Shown here piece after piece: positions 16,457 through 25,592 of a DNA stretch of 64,000 nt. This stretch comes from Patescibacteria group bacterium (GTDB lineage Bacteria > Patescibacteriota > Saccharimonadia > Saccharimonadales > 2-12-FULL-41-12): the NCBI GenBank assembly GCA_038064875.1, contig JBBTSC010000001.1, forward strand, positions 507,004 to 571,003, written 5' to 3'. Made by a program: the position numbers and the translations under genes. Position 1 is the stretch's first letter. Each line of letters begins with the position of its first letter. The notes beneath the pieces were generated by a model. It did not search any database. It worked only from the letters and a program-made list of their open reading frames with translations, and had not been told where the DNA came from.

Positions 16457-18043
16457 CTAAATCTTGACTGGTTTTAGAATAATATCCTTGAGCTTCCTGA
16501 CAATAGGCTGAACTTCGCTGAGTCCAAAAACTGCAGACATGGTCAGATGTGTCAAAAATGCTACGGAGGAAATGATCGCCAATTTACTACCAAGGACAAA
16601 GAATCCTTTGTCTCCTACTTCCAGCGGATAAATCGATATCACCGCAAAAGTCGCGATAACAGTAAAACCAGATACTGCTATTATTCTGGCTATGCCGTCC
16701 CAGAAATCAATATCTAGTAACTTACGATCTCTTTTAACCATGATTGTCATTAGTATCAACACCTCAGCAAAAGCGACTATGGATTGCGCCATAGCAAGCC
16801 CGGCCACACCATAAGCCGAAGCCTTTGCTAAATTAAATGCTAGTATCACGTTAAGTATAATCGCAAATAAAGAAACAAACAGTGGAGTTTTGGTATCCTT
16901 TTGTGAGTAGAACCAGCGAGAGACTATCACGTAGATAGTCCTAAACACTATCGCGCCAACGAAAAATCCAAGGATCAAGGCGATTTCAGGTGAATCTCTT
17001 GAGAAAATCAACCTGGCTAGATAGCCTCTGGCAAAATAACCAATGATCGCTACTGGCATAATGATCCAAAATATTAGTCTTAAGATCTGCAAAAAATCTC
17101 TCCGAAATAAATCACTTCTATTTTGGGCAAGTCTGTCGTTAAGTCGTGGGAAGGCGGCAGTTGCTATTGTCGTGCCTACCAGCAATGTTGGGGCCATCTG
17201 CAGAGTATAGGCGTTTTCAAAATAACTAACGTTTCCTTCACCCAGCCGACGCGCGAAGTTTGTCTCCGCGATACTGTTGATCGAGTCGATCCCTTGGTCT
17301 ATCGACCTTGGGGGCAGTTGCCTTAGTATTTGTTTGAACTCACGGTTGTTGAAATTAATAACATGCTTGTACGAATAACCAAGTCCTATGAAACCGCCTA
17401 GTGCTACAAAGAGTTGAATCAGGGCTCCCGCCAGAGCACCTACACCTAGCCCGATAAGTCCTATGTTGTCTTTGAAAAAGTAGATACTCAAAATAATACA
17501 TACGTTGTAGAACAACGGTGCGATAGCAAAGAAAAAAAATCGTCCAAATACTTGTTGAACACTGGTCAGAATTCCAGATATTGTAAAGAGTAGAGGGTTA
17601 AAGGCGACAAGTCGCATTATGGTAGATGCATTATGTAGCTGTTCTGGACTCATGTTGGGTGCCACAATATAGTGAATGAGTTCTTCGGCAAATAACAAGA
17701 TAATAATACCGACAAAGAACATAACCACTGCCAGAAGATTTAGTAGGCTGTTACTGAGTTCCCATATACCTTTTCTGTCATTTTTGGCTAATCGATCTGC
17801 CAAAAATGGCATGAAAGCCACACCCAACGCACCGGCTGCCAAGGTAAAATAAAACAAATCAGGGATCTTAAAAGCAGCGAAATATGCGTCAGTGCTATCT
17901 GGACCAAGAGCTGAGAAGTTGGCGTTGACTAATTTTGTCCTAAGAAAACCAAGCAATTGTCCGAGCATGGAGGCAACGATAAGTAATGCTGCTGCATTAC
18001 CCAGACTAATTCGTTGATTGGCTTTCTTAAATAATCTAGACAC
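16457..18043 (-). CDS. murJ: Lipid II flippase MurJ (MviN family)
   Basis: Polytopic ORF with LGFLRTKLV...DAYFAAFKIPD. The track start (18142) would overlap the divergent ORF. I prefer GTG 18043, which lies 7 nt after a TATAAT (18056-18051) and gives the N-terminus SRLFKKANQRISLGNAAALL. Confidence 0.8.
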   Translation of the reverse strand: MSRLFKKANQRISLGNAAALLIVASMLGQLLGFLRTKLVNANFSALGPDSTDAYFAAFKIPDLFYFTLAAGALGVAFMPFLADRLAKNDRKGIWELSNSLLNLLAVVMFFVGIIILLFAEELIHYIVAPNMSPEQLHNASTIMRLVAFNPLLFTISGILTSVQQVFGRFFFFAIAPLFYNVCIILSIYFFKDNIGLIGLGVGALAGALIQLFVALGGFIGLGYSYKHVINFNNREFKQILRQLPPRSIDQGIDSINSIAETNFARRLGEGNVSYFENAYTLQMAPTLLVGTTIATAAFPRLNDRLAQNRSDLFRRDFLQILRLIFWIIMPVAIIGYFARGYLARLIFSRDSPEIALILGFFVGAIVFRTIYVIVSRWFYSQKDTKTPLFVSLFAIILNVILAFNLAKASAYGVAGLAMAQSIVAFAEVLILMTIMVKRDRKLLDIDFWDGIARIIAVSGFTVIATFAVISIYPLEVGDKGFFVLGSKLAIISSVAFLTHLTMSAVFGLSEVQPIVRKLKDIILKPVKI

Positions 18044-18086
18044 TAACAATATTATACTCTTCTCAGGAGTATTTTTACAGATCAAT

Positions 18087-18114
18087 TTGCCATAATAATC
18101 GATATCTATATAAT
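18087..18114 (+). promoter_or_regulatory. Promoter TTGCCA-16-TATAAT, leaderless-type
   Basis: -35 at 18087-18092 and -10 at 18109-18114. The ATG at 18122 is 7 nt after the -10. Confidence 0.6.
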
Positions 18115-18121
18115 AAAAACA

Positions 18122-19099
18122 ATGTATTTGACTCCGGAACAAGCACGTGACAAAGAAGTATATACAAAACTATCCGAGGTTGCTTCTTCTAGAATCAAAG
18201 AAGGCGAGGAGCATATTTGGAGAGTTCTGCCCTATGATCCTGAGTCTGAGTATCATAAATTATCGACTGTTTATATAGATCCGTTGGAAGATCTAGACCC
18301 TGATTACACAAAGCAACTAACTGCGTATGGTTTAGCGAACTATCGACATGACCTGCAAAACAAAGCTTCCTCTCGTTTAGAATCGATTATTGAAGATTTT
18401 AGGATAGTTAGAGGAGATGAAGTTAGAGATATTGTAGATAGCGGAGAACATCTAGCTATTAACGTAGACCATCAGTCTAGATTTTCTGCTTTAATTGCAT
18501 CAGCAATTGTACAATTTGCCATATCTGAATCTAGAGAAGACGCGAATAGAATTAGGCAGATTTCTTCCACAATTGTTACCAGATATTTAGAGTGCTATGG
18601 AGTCAACATGGGAGCTGTTTTGAATAATCCACAGCTTCCAGTAGTAAATGCTCTTGAGATTGCACGAAACTTCTCAGGAATAATCCCTATTTTCCCAGAT
18701 ACTGAATTACGACAAGAATCAGAGGTTGATCCTGTCGTACAGGAAAAATTTAATTCCAAAGCCATAATCAGATCACGTCCGAGAACAAATACCCCCATGC
18801 TCAGGACATTTGTAGCTTCTGCAGCTTCTGATGAACAAATGAGCTCTGGTGGTTATCGAATGAGAAGCGTAGGAGATCAAGTAAAAAGGCTGTTCTCTAT
18901 CGGCAACTGGCACACTATGTCTGTGGCTACCAATATAGATCCTGGGGATGTATCGAAGACATTCTTCGTACCATCTGAGATAACTCCTTCGAGTGAATAT
19001 TCTATGGATACACTCGATGAACATAATCTATGGATAGCACAGACAAGACAGGAAAGAACCGGTGAGCCAGTTATTTACATCCCGAATGAATCTAGCTAG
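18122..19099 (+). CDS. Hypothetical protein (325 aa orphan)
   Basis: Long ORF with ordinary amino-acid composition and no recognisable motif. Its stop overlaps the ftsH stop on the opposite strand (CTAG at 19096-19099). Confidence 0.55.
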   Translation: MYLTPEQARDKEVYTKLSEVASSRIKEGEEHIWRVLPYDPESEYHKLSTVYIDPLEDLDPDYTKQLTAYGLANYRHDLQNKASSRLESIIEDFRIVRGDEVRDIVDSGEHLAINVDHQSRFSALIASAIVQFAISESREDANRIRQISSTIVTRYLECYGVNMGAVLNNPQLPVVNALEIARNFSGIIPIFPDTELRQESEVDPVVQEKFNSKAIIRSRPRTNTPMLRTFVASAASDEQMSSGGYRMRSVGDQVKRLFSIGNWHTMSVATNIDPGDVSKTFFVPSEITPSSEYSMDTLDEHNLWIAQTRQERTGEPVIYIPNESS

Positions 19100-20976
19100 T
19101 ACAATGAGGCAGATTTTGGAAGATGAGAGCCTTCAAAAATCTTCAGCACTTCAGGCGCTTCAACTGTCTCTTTTTCTTTCAAGGCATCTTTCAACTTCTC
19201 TAGGTAACTTTTGTTGGCATTGATAACAGCTCGTGCCCTCTCGGCAGCCTCAGTAATCAAGCCTTCAACTTCGTCATCAATGATTTTAGCAGTATCTTCA
19301 GAATATTGTCTTTCGTGTGTCATGCGGTCAAACATCATACCAGACTCTACCTGGAAAACTTGGTCACGAAGTTTTGTGCCCATACCTTGGTTGATCACCA
19401 TATCACGAGCCAGCTCTGCTGCCTTCTGTAAGTCATTACCAGCGCCAGTTGTTACTCTATCTTTGCCGTAAACAATTTCCTCTGCAATACGCCCACCAAG
19501 CATGCGAGCCAGCACGTCTTTGTACTCGATAATACTATGGTAACTTTTATCCTCTGGTGGGATGAACCACGTTACTCCACCCGTGCCACCACGAGGGATT
19601 ATCGTGACTTTGTGTACGAGATCACTATCCGGCAAAACATGGCCGACAATTGCATGACCAGCTTCGTGATAAGCAGTCATTTCCTTTTCGTGCTCGCTCA
19701 TGACTTTACCCTTACGCTCTGGACCTATGGCAACTTTTTCAAAAGCGTCTGTGACCACGTCTTGTGTGATTTCTTTTTGATTACGGCGAGCAGCCAAAAT
19801 CGCTGATTCGTTAGTGATGTTGGCAAGATCTGCGCCAGAACTTCCGGCAGTTTTTGCAGCTAATGCATCGATATCTACGCTCTTTGCTAGAGGTTTTTTA
19901 GCAAAATGAACTTTCAAAATGGCTTCACGATCTTTACGGTCAGGCAAGCCAATATGTACACGACGATCGAATCGCCCTGGTCGAAGCAGTGCTGGGTCAA
20001 GTACGTCTGCTCGGTTAGTGGCAGCTAGTACAATAACATTTTGTCCTTGTTCAAATCCATCCATTTCTACAAGTATCTGGTTCAATGTCTGCTCACGTTC
20101 ATCGTGTCCACCACCCATGCCACTTCCTCGCCGACGACCTACTGCATCTATTTCGTCGACGAATATAATACAAGGTGCATTTTTCTTAGCTTTGCTAAAT
20201 AAATCACGAACACGACTCGCACCAACACCAACAAACATTTCGACGAATTCTGATCCTGAGATACTAAAGAATGGCACGCCAGCTTCTCCTGCAACAGCAC
20301 GTGCGAGCATGGTCTTACCTGTCCCCGGAGGACCAACTAACAAGACGCCTTTTGGTATTTTTGCGCCAACATCTTCAAATTTCTTTGGATGCTTCAGGAA
20401 ATCTACAACTTCTTCTAGGTCTTGTTTTGACTCTTTGGATCCAGCTATGTCTTTGAAAAGGACTTTGTCTTTTTCGTTGCCGTATAGGCGTGCCTTGCTC
20501 TTACCGAAACTGAGCGCTTGAGACCCTTGTCCCTGTGCACTACGCATCATGTAAATAAGCACCATTGTGATAATAACTATTGGCAGTAAGCTCAGCAGGA
20601 CGTTCGTCCAGATTGCACCACTGTTGGATTCTGGCTTGTTAATTACCTCGACTGGGGCGTCTTTGTTAAGACCTTGCTCGTAGATACTAGACCCGGTCTC
20701 TTTGCGGGTTTTTTCTGAGGCTTTTTCTTCATCTTTTTTAGTAACATTGATGTTGTCACCAGTTATTTCAAGCTTTTTCACTTGTCCACTGTTAGCTCGT
20801 TTTACCATGTCAGAAAAGGCAACTGATTTCAGATTTGTAGGTTTTGTTGTGGCACTAATAATTATAAGTCCGAACAAGATTATCAATGCGACAAATCCAG
20901 CATTTTTAAAATGTGATTTCTTATTGTTTTTATTGCCAGGAGCCTGCCCAGGCATTTTAAATTTATTTCTCACCAT
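19096..20976 (-). CDS. ftsH: ATP-dependent zinc metalloprotease FtsH
   Basis: Two TM segments, AAA Walker A GPPGTGKT, the SRH region and the HEAGH zinc motif. Confidence 0.96.
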   Translation of the reverse strand: MVRNKFKMPGQAPGNKNNKKSHFKNAGFVALIILFGLIIISATTKPTNLKSVAFSDMVKRANSGQVKKLEITGDNINVTKKDEEKASEKTRKETGSSIYEQGLNKDAPVEVINKPESNSGAIWTNVLLSLLPIVIITMVLIYMMRSAQGQGSQALSFGKSKARLYGNEKDKVLFKDIAGSKESKQDLEEVVDFLKHPKKFEDVGAKIPKGVLLVGPPGTGKTMLARAVAGEAGVPFFSISGSEFVEMFVGVGASRVRDLFSKAKKNAPCIIFVDEIDAVGRRRGSGMGGGHDEREQTLNQILVEMDGFEQGQNVIVLAATNRADVLDPALLRPGRFDRRVHIGLPDRKDREAILKVHFAKKPLAKSVDIDALAAKTAGSSGADLANITNESAILAARRNQKEITQDVVTDAFEKVAIGPERKGKVMSEHEKEMTAYHEAGHAIVGHVLPDSDLVHKVTIIPRGGTGGVTWFIPPEDKSYHSIIEYKDVLARMLGGRIAEEIVYGKDRVTTGAGNDLQKAAELARDMVINQGMGTKLRDQVFQVESGMMFDRMTHERQYSEDTAKIIDDEVEGLITEAAERARAVINANKSYLEKLKDALKEKETVEAPEVLKIFEGSHLPKSASLY

Positions 20977-20988
20977 ATATATGTATCA

Positions 20989-21852
20989 TTATACACCATC
21001 AACTTGTACAAAGTCTTTGCCAATCTTGATCTTTTTGTCGTTTTTTATTGGAAAAAGTGAACCACTACGTCCTGTCTTTATTCGAACACAGAGAAGCTCT
21101 AACGTTTTGCTGTCAAAACTAATATCGTGACTCCTCAGCCAAAAAGCCAACAACTCCAAAGCGCTTTTATGATCTAGCAGGACAAATTGCTTTCTATTAA
21201 GATCTTTTGTCGCAAAACTTTTCAGTAGATTATCGATTTCATCATTTGTCTTTTTTACATCTTTGATTACCGTAGCAAGACGCTTTTTATGGTCGGTATT
21301 TGTATCTTTTGCCAAGACTTTTCTGATACGATTTCTTAAATATTTTTCGTCTTCGTTAGATTCGTCTTCTACCCAAGATAGGTTGTGAGATCTTGCATAG
21401 TCAAGAATCTGATTCTTCGTGTGGTCAAGTAGAGGACGAACCAAATCCTCACTATTACTCAAAGAGCTCAACCCCTTTCTGCCTGTGCCACGAACCAGGT
21501 TTATGAGCGCTGTCTCAAGCTGATCATCATGATGGTGCGCCGTGATAATAGCTTTGGCTTTTTTGCTACGCACAACTTGCTTCAAAAAAGTGTATCGAGC
21601 TTCCCTAGCCAATGCTTCACTCGCCTGTGGGCCCAACTCTTTTCTTTCAGTGATAAATTCGTAGCCATATTTTTTACTTAAATTCTCTACAAATACCGCG
21701 TCATCAGCAGATTTTGGCCTAATCCCATGATCAAAATGTGCAATGATGAGCTCCAGATCTTCGGTCTTGGACAGAATATCGAGCAAAACGACAGAATCAA
21801 CCCCCCCACTAACAGCAACAACATACTTTCCAGGCAAAACATCGACTTTCAT
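20989..21852 (-). CDS. tilS: tRNA(Ile)-lysidine synthase TilS
   Basis: PP-loop VAVSGGVDSVVLLD and the conserved tilS-ftsH adjacency. TAAGAT (21864-21859) lies 6 nt upstream of the ATG. Confidence 0.85.
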   Translation of the reverse strand: MKVDVLPGKYVVAVSGGVDSVVLLDILSKTEDLELIIAHFDHGIRPKSADDAVFVENLSKKYGYEFITERKELGPQASEALAREARYTFLKQVVRSKKAKAIITAHHHDDQLETALINLVRGTGRKGLSSLSNSEDLVRPLLDHTKNQILDYARSHNLSWVEDESNEDEKYLRNRIRKVLAKDTNTDHKKRLATVIKDVKKTNDEIDNLLKSFATKDLNRKQFVLLDHKSALELLAFWLRSHDISFDSKTLELLCVRIKTGRSGSLFPIKNDKKIKIGKDFVQVDGV

Positions 21853-21874
21853 ACATATATCTTAGAGTCTTTTA

Positions 21875-21903
21875 TTGTTAAAACCAAAGGTTTACGCTAT
21901 AAT
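21875..21903 (+). promoter_or_regulatory. Promoter TTGTTA-17-TATAAT upstream of tRNA-Met
   Basis: -35 at 21875-21880 and -10 at 21898-21903. Confidence 0.5.
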
Positions 21904-21954
21904 TTCATCTGTTACGCGTTAAATTGACTAAAAAGTACAACGCGAATCCAGTAT

Positions 21955-22031
21955 GGCAGGGTAGCTCAGTTGGTTAGAGCGCAGGACTCATAAGCCTGAG
22001 GTCGCGAGTTCAAATCTCGCCCCTGCTACCA
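21955..22031 (+). tRNA. tRNA with CAU anticodon, most like elongator tRNA-Met; CCA encoded
   Basis: Manual fold: GGCAGGG/TA/GCTC-AGTTGGTTA-GAGC/G/CAGGA-CTCATAA-GCCTG/AGGTC/GCGAG-TTCAAAT-CTCGC/CCCTGCT/A/CCA. The D-arm resembles E. coli metT as I recall it. Confidence 0.8.
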
Positions 22032-22079
22032 GTAAGCAGACTCTGTTTTGGCAGCCAGACCAAAAATTGAAGATCCAGT

Positions 22080-22114
22080 ATATTTGTAAACAATTCTTGT
22101 ATATTTACAAATAT
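22080..22114. promoter_or_regulatory. Perfect 11 bp inverted repeat (candidate operator) overlapping the -35
   Basis: ATATTTGTAAA (22080-22090), a 13 nt spacer, then TTTACAAATAT (22104-22114). Confidence 0.5.
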
Positions 22115-22132
22115 TGACAAGTGTGGTATAAT
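22104..22132 (+). promoter_or_regulatory. Promoter TTTACA-17-TGgTATAAT (extended -10)
   Basis: -35 at 22104-22109 and -10 at 22127-22132 preceded by TGg. The ATG at 22143 is 10 nt after the -10. Confidence 0.7.
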
Positions 22133-22142
22133 ATATACCATA

Positions 22143-23213
22143 ATGTCTGGTGAGAATATGGAGCAAAGAATTGACGTTGGTGAGATCCCTACTGGTGGAG
22201 TAGTGCCCACAGAAGATCAGATGGCTAGTATCGATCGTTACGTCGAAGGAGGCCATATGAGCCACGCTGAGGCAACCATGAAGGTACTAGGCGTTATGCC
22301 TGGCCGAGTTTATGAAGATCCACGCACCGAAGAGCCACCAGCTCCGCAAGAACCAACCTACGATGATAAGGCTAAGGTTGCTAATCTGATACACATGTAC
22401 AAAATTCGGTCTGGTATTGGGCCAAAAATATCCGAGTTACATACACTTAAAGGTGATGCTTGGGGAAACAAAGCAACTGAAATCAAAAGAGACAAGAGCA
22501 AGGGCGATATCTATATTAAGAGGGCTTGCGCAACGTGCACAAGGCAAAATGATTGCGACGAAAAAGGCAAGACTTTCGAGCAAGGTATCGGTGCTATACA
22601 CCCTAGATTAAAGCCAAGCGAAAAATATCCTCACGCAAATATAGGGGAAAGTCTGCTTGAGATGATCCAACGTCAGACCAAAAACCCTGATGCTCACTGT
22701 AACCCAGCAAAAGACGAGATTGCGTTAGATCTAGATGAGATATCCCCTGTCATTGAGATTACTGCTGGTGAGGCGGTAGTTGTGTCCACTGAAGACGAAG
22801 GAGATAGAACAACAGCAAACCTCGAACTCAGGAACGCACATTTAGCAAAGGCAGATAAAGCATTAAGCAAAAGAAATAGCCTAAATAGACAGGCGAAAAT
22901 GAGCGTCCCGGAAAAATCTGGAAGATTAGCTGAAGAATCCAATGATTTTTTTGAAATATTTTCAGACGAGTTGAAGCAAGGCTGTAGTTCATGCTCTGAT
23001 AGAGGGGTCTGTCCTTTAGCTTTAGATCCAGTGGCCTGGGACGAAGCAAAACATTACTCAAGATCACCTAGTACAGAATGGGAAGACACTGTTGACGACA
23101 ACGGCGTAAAGCACGAATCGAGAGAGCAATGGAGAAGGAGACAAGAGCAAGACCCTAACGCATCCTGTGTTCCACCTGTTGCAGATTCTGAAAACATACC
23201 CAAAGTCGCCTAA
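22143..23213 (+). CDS. Hypothetical acidic protein with duplicated CxxCx5C...C motif
   Basis: 356 aa ORF. Cysteines fall at 129/132/138/186 and 281/284/290/342. An alternative start at ATG 22158 follows GGTGAG. Confidence 0.6.
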   Translation: MSGENMEQRIDVGEIPTGGVVPTEDQMASIDRYVEGGHMSHAEATMKVLGVMPGRVYEDPRTEEPPAPQEPTYDDKAKVANLIHMYKIRSGIGPKISELHTLKGDAWGNKATEIKRDKSKGDIYIKRACATCTRQNDCDEKGKTFEQGIGAIHPRLKPSEKYPHANIGESLLEMIQRQTKNPDAHCNPAKDEIALDLDEISPVIEITAGEAVVVSTEDEGDRTTANLELRNAHLAKADKALSKRNSLNRQAKMSVPEKSGRLAEESNDFFEIFSDELKQGCSSCSDRGVCPLALDPVAWDEAKHYSRSPSTEWEDTVDDNGVKHESREQWRRRQEQDPNASCVPPVADSENIPKVA

Positions 23214-23218
23214 AAACA

Positions 23219-23247
23219 TTGATCTTTTCACCTCTGTTTGCTACAAT
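23219..23247 (+). promoter_or_regulatory. Promoter TTGATC-17-TACAAT upstream of tRNA-fMet
   Basis: -35 at 23219-23224 and -10 at 23242-23247, 23 nt before the tRNA 5' end. Confidence 0.6.
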
Positions 23248-23270
23248 GTAATTCTGTCTCATGGTATTAA

Positions 23271-23345
23271 TGCGGGGTAGAGCAGTGGCAGCTCGTGTGG
23301 CTCATAACCACAAGGTCGCAGGTTCGAGTCCTGTCCCCGCTACCA
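23271..23345 (+). tRNA. tRNA-fMet (initiator-like, CAU anticodon), CCA encoded
   Basis: Manual fold with an unpaired 1:72 position (T/T). GCGGGG...GAGCAG...GCTCGT.GGCTCATAACC..AAGGTCG..GGTTC...CCCCGC.ACCA closely parallels E. coli initiator tRNA as recalled. It has only two G-C pairs at the base of the anticodon stem. Confidence 0.75.
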
Positions 23346-23354
23346 AGTAAAGTG

Positions 23355-23378
23355 CCCGTCCTATGGACGGGTATTTTA
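23355..23378 (+). terminator. Rho-independent terminator after tRNA-fMet
   Basis: CCCGTCC-tat-GGACGGG stem-loop followed by TATTTTACTT. Confidence 0.7.
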
Positions 23379-23468
23379 CTTATAACGAAGACTAGTGTCG
23401 AGCCAAAAGGGTTCGTAACTGTCGTCCCTGCCCCTTCCATACTTACTAAATGATATACTTCTAAGTAT

Positions 23469-24047
23469 ATGAGTAGCTCAATCTATCTGATTATTTTACT
23501 GTTAGGAATTGCAACTTATGGTTCTGCTGTATGGCAGATGCTGAAGGGGCAGTACTCACCAAGTTTTTTTAGTCGAGGTGTTTGGTTCTTGCTGGGCATC
23601 AATAGTTTCGCCGGTGTATTGCTGGGTGACGGAAGCACCCCATCAGTGATTCTTGCCTCAACGCTTTTTGTTGGTAATGCTGTTGTTTTTGCAGTTAGTT
23701 ATAAAAGGGGTTCAAGAGATTTCCGCTCTGTTGAGAAATTTAGTCTAATCCTACTCATAATAAGCGTGTTTGTATGGGCTGTATTCGACCAGCCATTTAT
23801 AGGATTGGTCATGAGCTTAGTTGCGCATTTTATCGGTGGTATTCCGACAATATGGAGAGTTGCCAAAAATCCAAAAAGCGAGCAGGCTTATCATTGGTAC
23901 TTTTTCTTTGTAGCCTGCGTTATAAGTATCGTCGCTAGCGACAACAAATCGATAACGGCGATTTTATTCCCTGTGTATTTTGCCTTGTTTGATGGACTCA
24001 TCATATTCCTTGCTAATAGAAAACGCGCGTCAAAGTTTTTGAAATAA
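23469..24047 (+). CDS. Hypothetical polytopic membrane protein
   Basis: 192 aa ORF with about 6 hydrophobic spans. TGaTATACT (23451-23459) lies 9 nt upstream of the ATG. Confidence 0.6.
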   Translation: MSSSIYLIILLLGIATYGSAVWQMLKGQYSPSFFSRGVWFLLGINSFAGVLLGDGSTPSVILASTLFVGNAVVFAVSYKRGSRDFRSVEKFSLILLIISVFVWAVFDQPFIGLVMSLVAHFIGGIPTIWRVAKNPKSEQAYHWYFFFVACVISIVASDNKSITAILFPVYFALFDGLIIFLANRKRASKFLK

Positions 24048-24064
24048 ATCTAAGCCAATGGATC

Positions 24065-24913
24065 CTAAAAGGCGATCAACAACGCTCCAACAAAACAAAC
24101 AATAGCTGATAGAATTTTCTTTGGCAGATGATCTCTCTCTTTTAAGAAAATTATTGCTAGCAAAGTGGTTATAACAATCGATGTTTGGTTAATAGGCGCA
24201 ACTGCGCTAACATTTCCCTTGTTATACGCAGTAAGTAGAGTAACCGCACCAATGCTAAATGTGACGCCAAGTAAAGCCATTCGAATAAGCTTAGCGCCAC
24301 TTAGAAATGATTTCATATGTTTTACTGATCTAGGGTATGCGATCAATACAACTAAAGAAGGGCCTGCAAAACTTATTGCCGTCCACGAAGCTACATCAGA
24401 ACCGCGACCTACGTATGCCCATAGCGCCACTGCAAGACCGTAGATAAACCCTGTCAGGAGTCCCAAGAGAATACCCTTACTAAACTTGAGTGATTTCTTG
24501 CTATATCCTAAAACCGCAATGCTAAAAAATATTAAGATAGATCCAATAATTTGCCTGGCTGACAGAGCTTCGTCAAGAAAAATAATTCCCATCAGCATCA
24601 CCCAGACCGCACCAGTAGCAAATAGTACCGAAAATATTGACGCTTCTACTCGCTCTAGAGTCTTTGCGTAGACCACATTTCCTGCACCGAACAAAACACA
24701 AGTTGCTGTGATTGCTAACCAATACTTGCCAAAATCAGGCATAACAAAACCATTAATAACCGCATACGTCCCGACGAGCAAAGCAACCAGAGCTTGAAAA
24801 ACTACTATATAGGCAAATGTATTGCTTTTGTCTCTATGTAGAAGCAGTCTCTGGAGAAGAACAGATATTGAACCCGCAACCACGCTAACTGATATAAAGA
24901 ATTGCCATGACAT
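24065..24913 (-). CDS. EamA/DMT-family transporter
   Basis: Ten-TM-like profile with two EamA-like halves. I prefer ATG 24913 (MSWQFFISVSV...) over the track start at 25051. The extension is non-membrane, overlaps a plus-strand small ORF, and a TATACT (24927-24922) lies 8 nt upstream of 24913. Confidence 0.7.
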   Translation of the reverse strand: MSWQFFISVSVVAGSISVLLQRLLLHRDKSNTFAYIVVFQALVALLVGTYAVINGFVMPDFGKYWLAITATCVLFGAGNVVYAKTLERVEASIFSVLFATGAVWVMLMGIIFLDEALSARQIIGSILIFFSIAVLGYSKKSLKFSKGILLGLLTGFIYGLAVALWAYVGRGSDVASWTAISFAGPSLVVLIAYPRSVKHMKSFLSGAKLIRMALLGVTFSIGAVTLLTAYNKGNVSAVAPINQTSIVITTLLAIIFLKERDHLPKKILSAIVCFVGALLIAF

Positions 24914-24962
24914 ATAGCCATAGTATAATTGTATTAGAAGATTGACAAGCTGGGGGTGAGTA

Positions 24963-25154
24963 ATGTTATTTATGGGAGCAACGATGTTGGTAGTTATGCC
25001 AATATTTTTAGTTATATCCGCAAGGATGGTGGCAAAGAGCAGTTTTGGCAAGCGACCAAGCGGGCTGATACTACAAGGTGTTTTCTACATTTTTGCCCTG
25101 ATGGCAATAGTTGGCCTGATATCTCTAACTGCCCAGATTATCCGTAAAATCTAA
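24963..25154 (+). CDS. Hypothetical 63 aa two-TM membrane protein
   Basis: MLFMGATMLVVMPIFLVISARMV...VFYIFALMAIVGLISLTAQII. GGGGGTGAG SD at 24952-24960. Upstream promoter TTGCCA-16-TATAAT (24902-24929). A terminator hairpin follows immediately. Confidence 0.5.
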   Translation: MLFMGATMLVVMPIFLVISARMVAKSSFGKRPSGLILQGVFYIFALMAIVGLISLTAQIIRKI

Positions 25155-25186
25155 AAAGCCTCCCAGGATTGAGAGGCTTTATTTTA
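25153..25186. terminator. Bidirectional terminator hairpin
   Basis: AAAGCCTC (25155-25162) pairs with GAGGCTTT (25173-25180). An A-run precedes it and a T-run follows. It sits between convergent ORFs. Confidence 0.6.
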
Positions 25187-25196
25187 GTTTTTTCTT

Positions 25197-25592
25197 TTAT
25201 TCTTTTGCTTCATCACCGTGAACTACCAATGCATAAAGCACTAAGCTAGCTATGACTATAGCAGCTGTGCTCCAGATTGGGTAGGCTGGCAAGAAGACCA
25301 AGTTAGTAACTATTGATAGACCTGCTACCAAACTACCAACTACTCTTCCCCATGAACCACCAGCAAATACTGAGAAAGCGGCTGTTAGAAGCAAAATGCT
25401 CACTAAGATGTGCCCCCAGCCCCATGCTGTGTAGTTAAAAACGGCCAGTCTCTCAGGTGTTACCACGTAAAAGTCTGGTTTTGATAGCGCTACTACTCCC
25501 AAGAAACCTTGAAAGAAAGACGCTACAAGCATAAGTATACCGCCGAAGTATACCCAGCCGACCCACCCTGATGGTCCGTTATTTTTTGCCAT
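25197..25592 (-). CDS. Hypothetical four-TM membrane protein
   Basis: 131 aa ORF with a GGAGGG SD 7 nt upstream. Trp/Gly-rich TM helices. Confidence 0.6.
   Translation of the reverse strand: MAKNNGPSGWVGWVYFGGILMLVASFFQGFLGVVALSKPDFYVVTPERLAVFNYTAWGWGHILVSILLLTAAFSVFAGGSWGRVVGSLVAGLSIVTNLVFLPAYPIWSTAAIVIASLVLYALVVHGDEAKE

Noticed and set aside
22010-22265. Two minus-strand ORFs (22010-22210, 22026-22265)
   Set aside because: They overlap the 3' end of tRNA-Met, the strong plus-strand promoter and the 5' end of the 356 aa ORF. They have no RBS or promoter of their own.
21955-23345. Integrated mobile island between the two tRNA genes
   Set aside because: There is no integrase, excisionase or phage gene. 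The only similarity to the tRNA-Met 3' end near 23231-23247 is a weak 7/9 match that coincides with the tRNA-fMet promoter.
24956-25147. Alternative plus-strand frame encoding a 63 aa Cys/Asp/Asn-rich peptide
   Set aside because: The overlapping frame 24963-25154 gives a coherent two-TM protein with an SD and a terminator. This frame looks non-protein-like.
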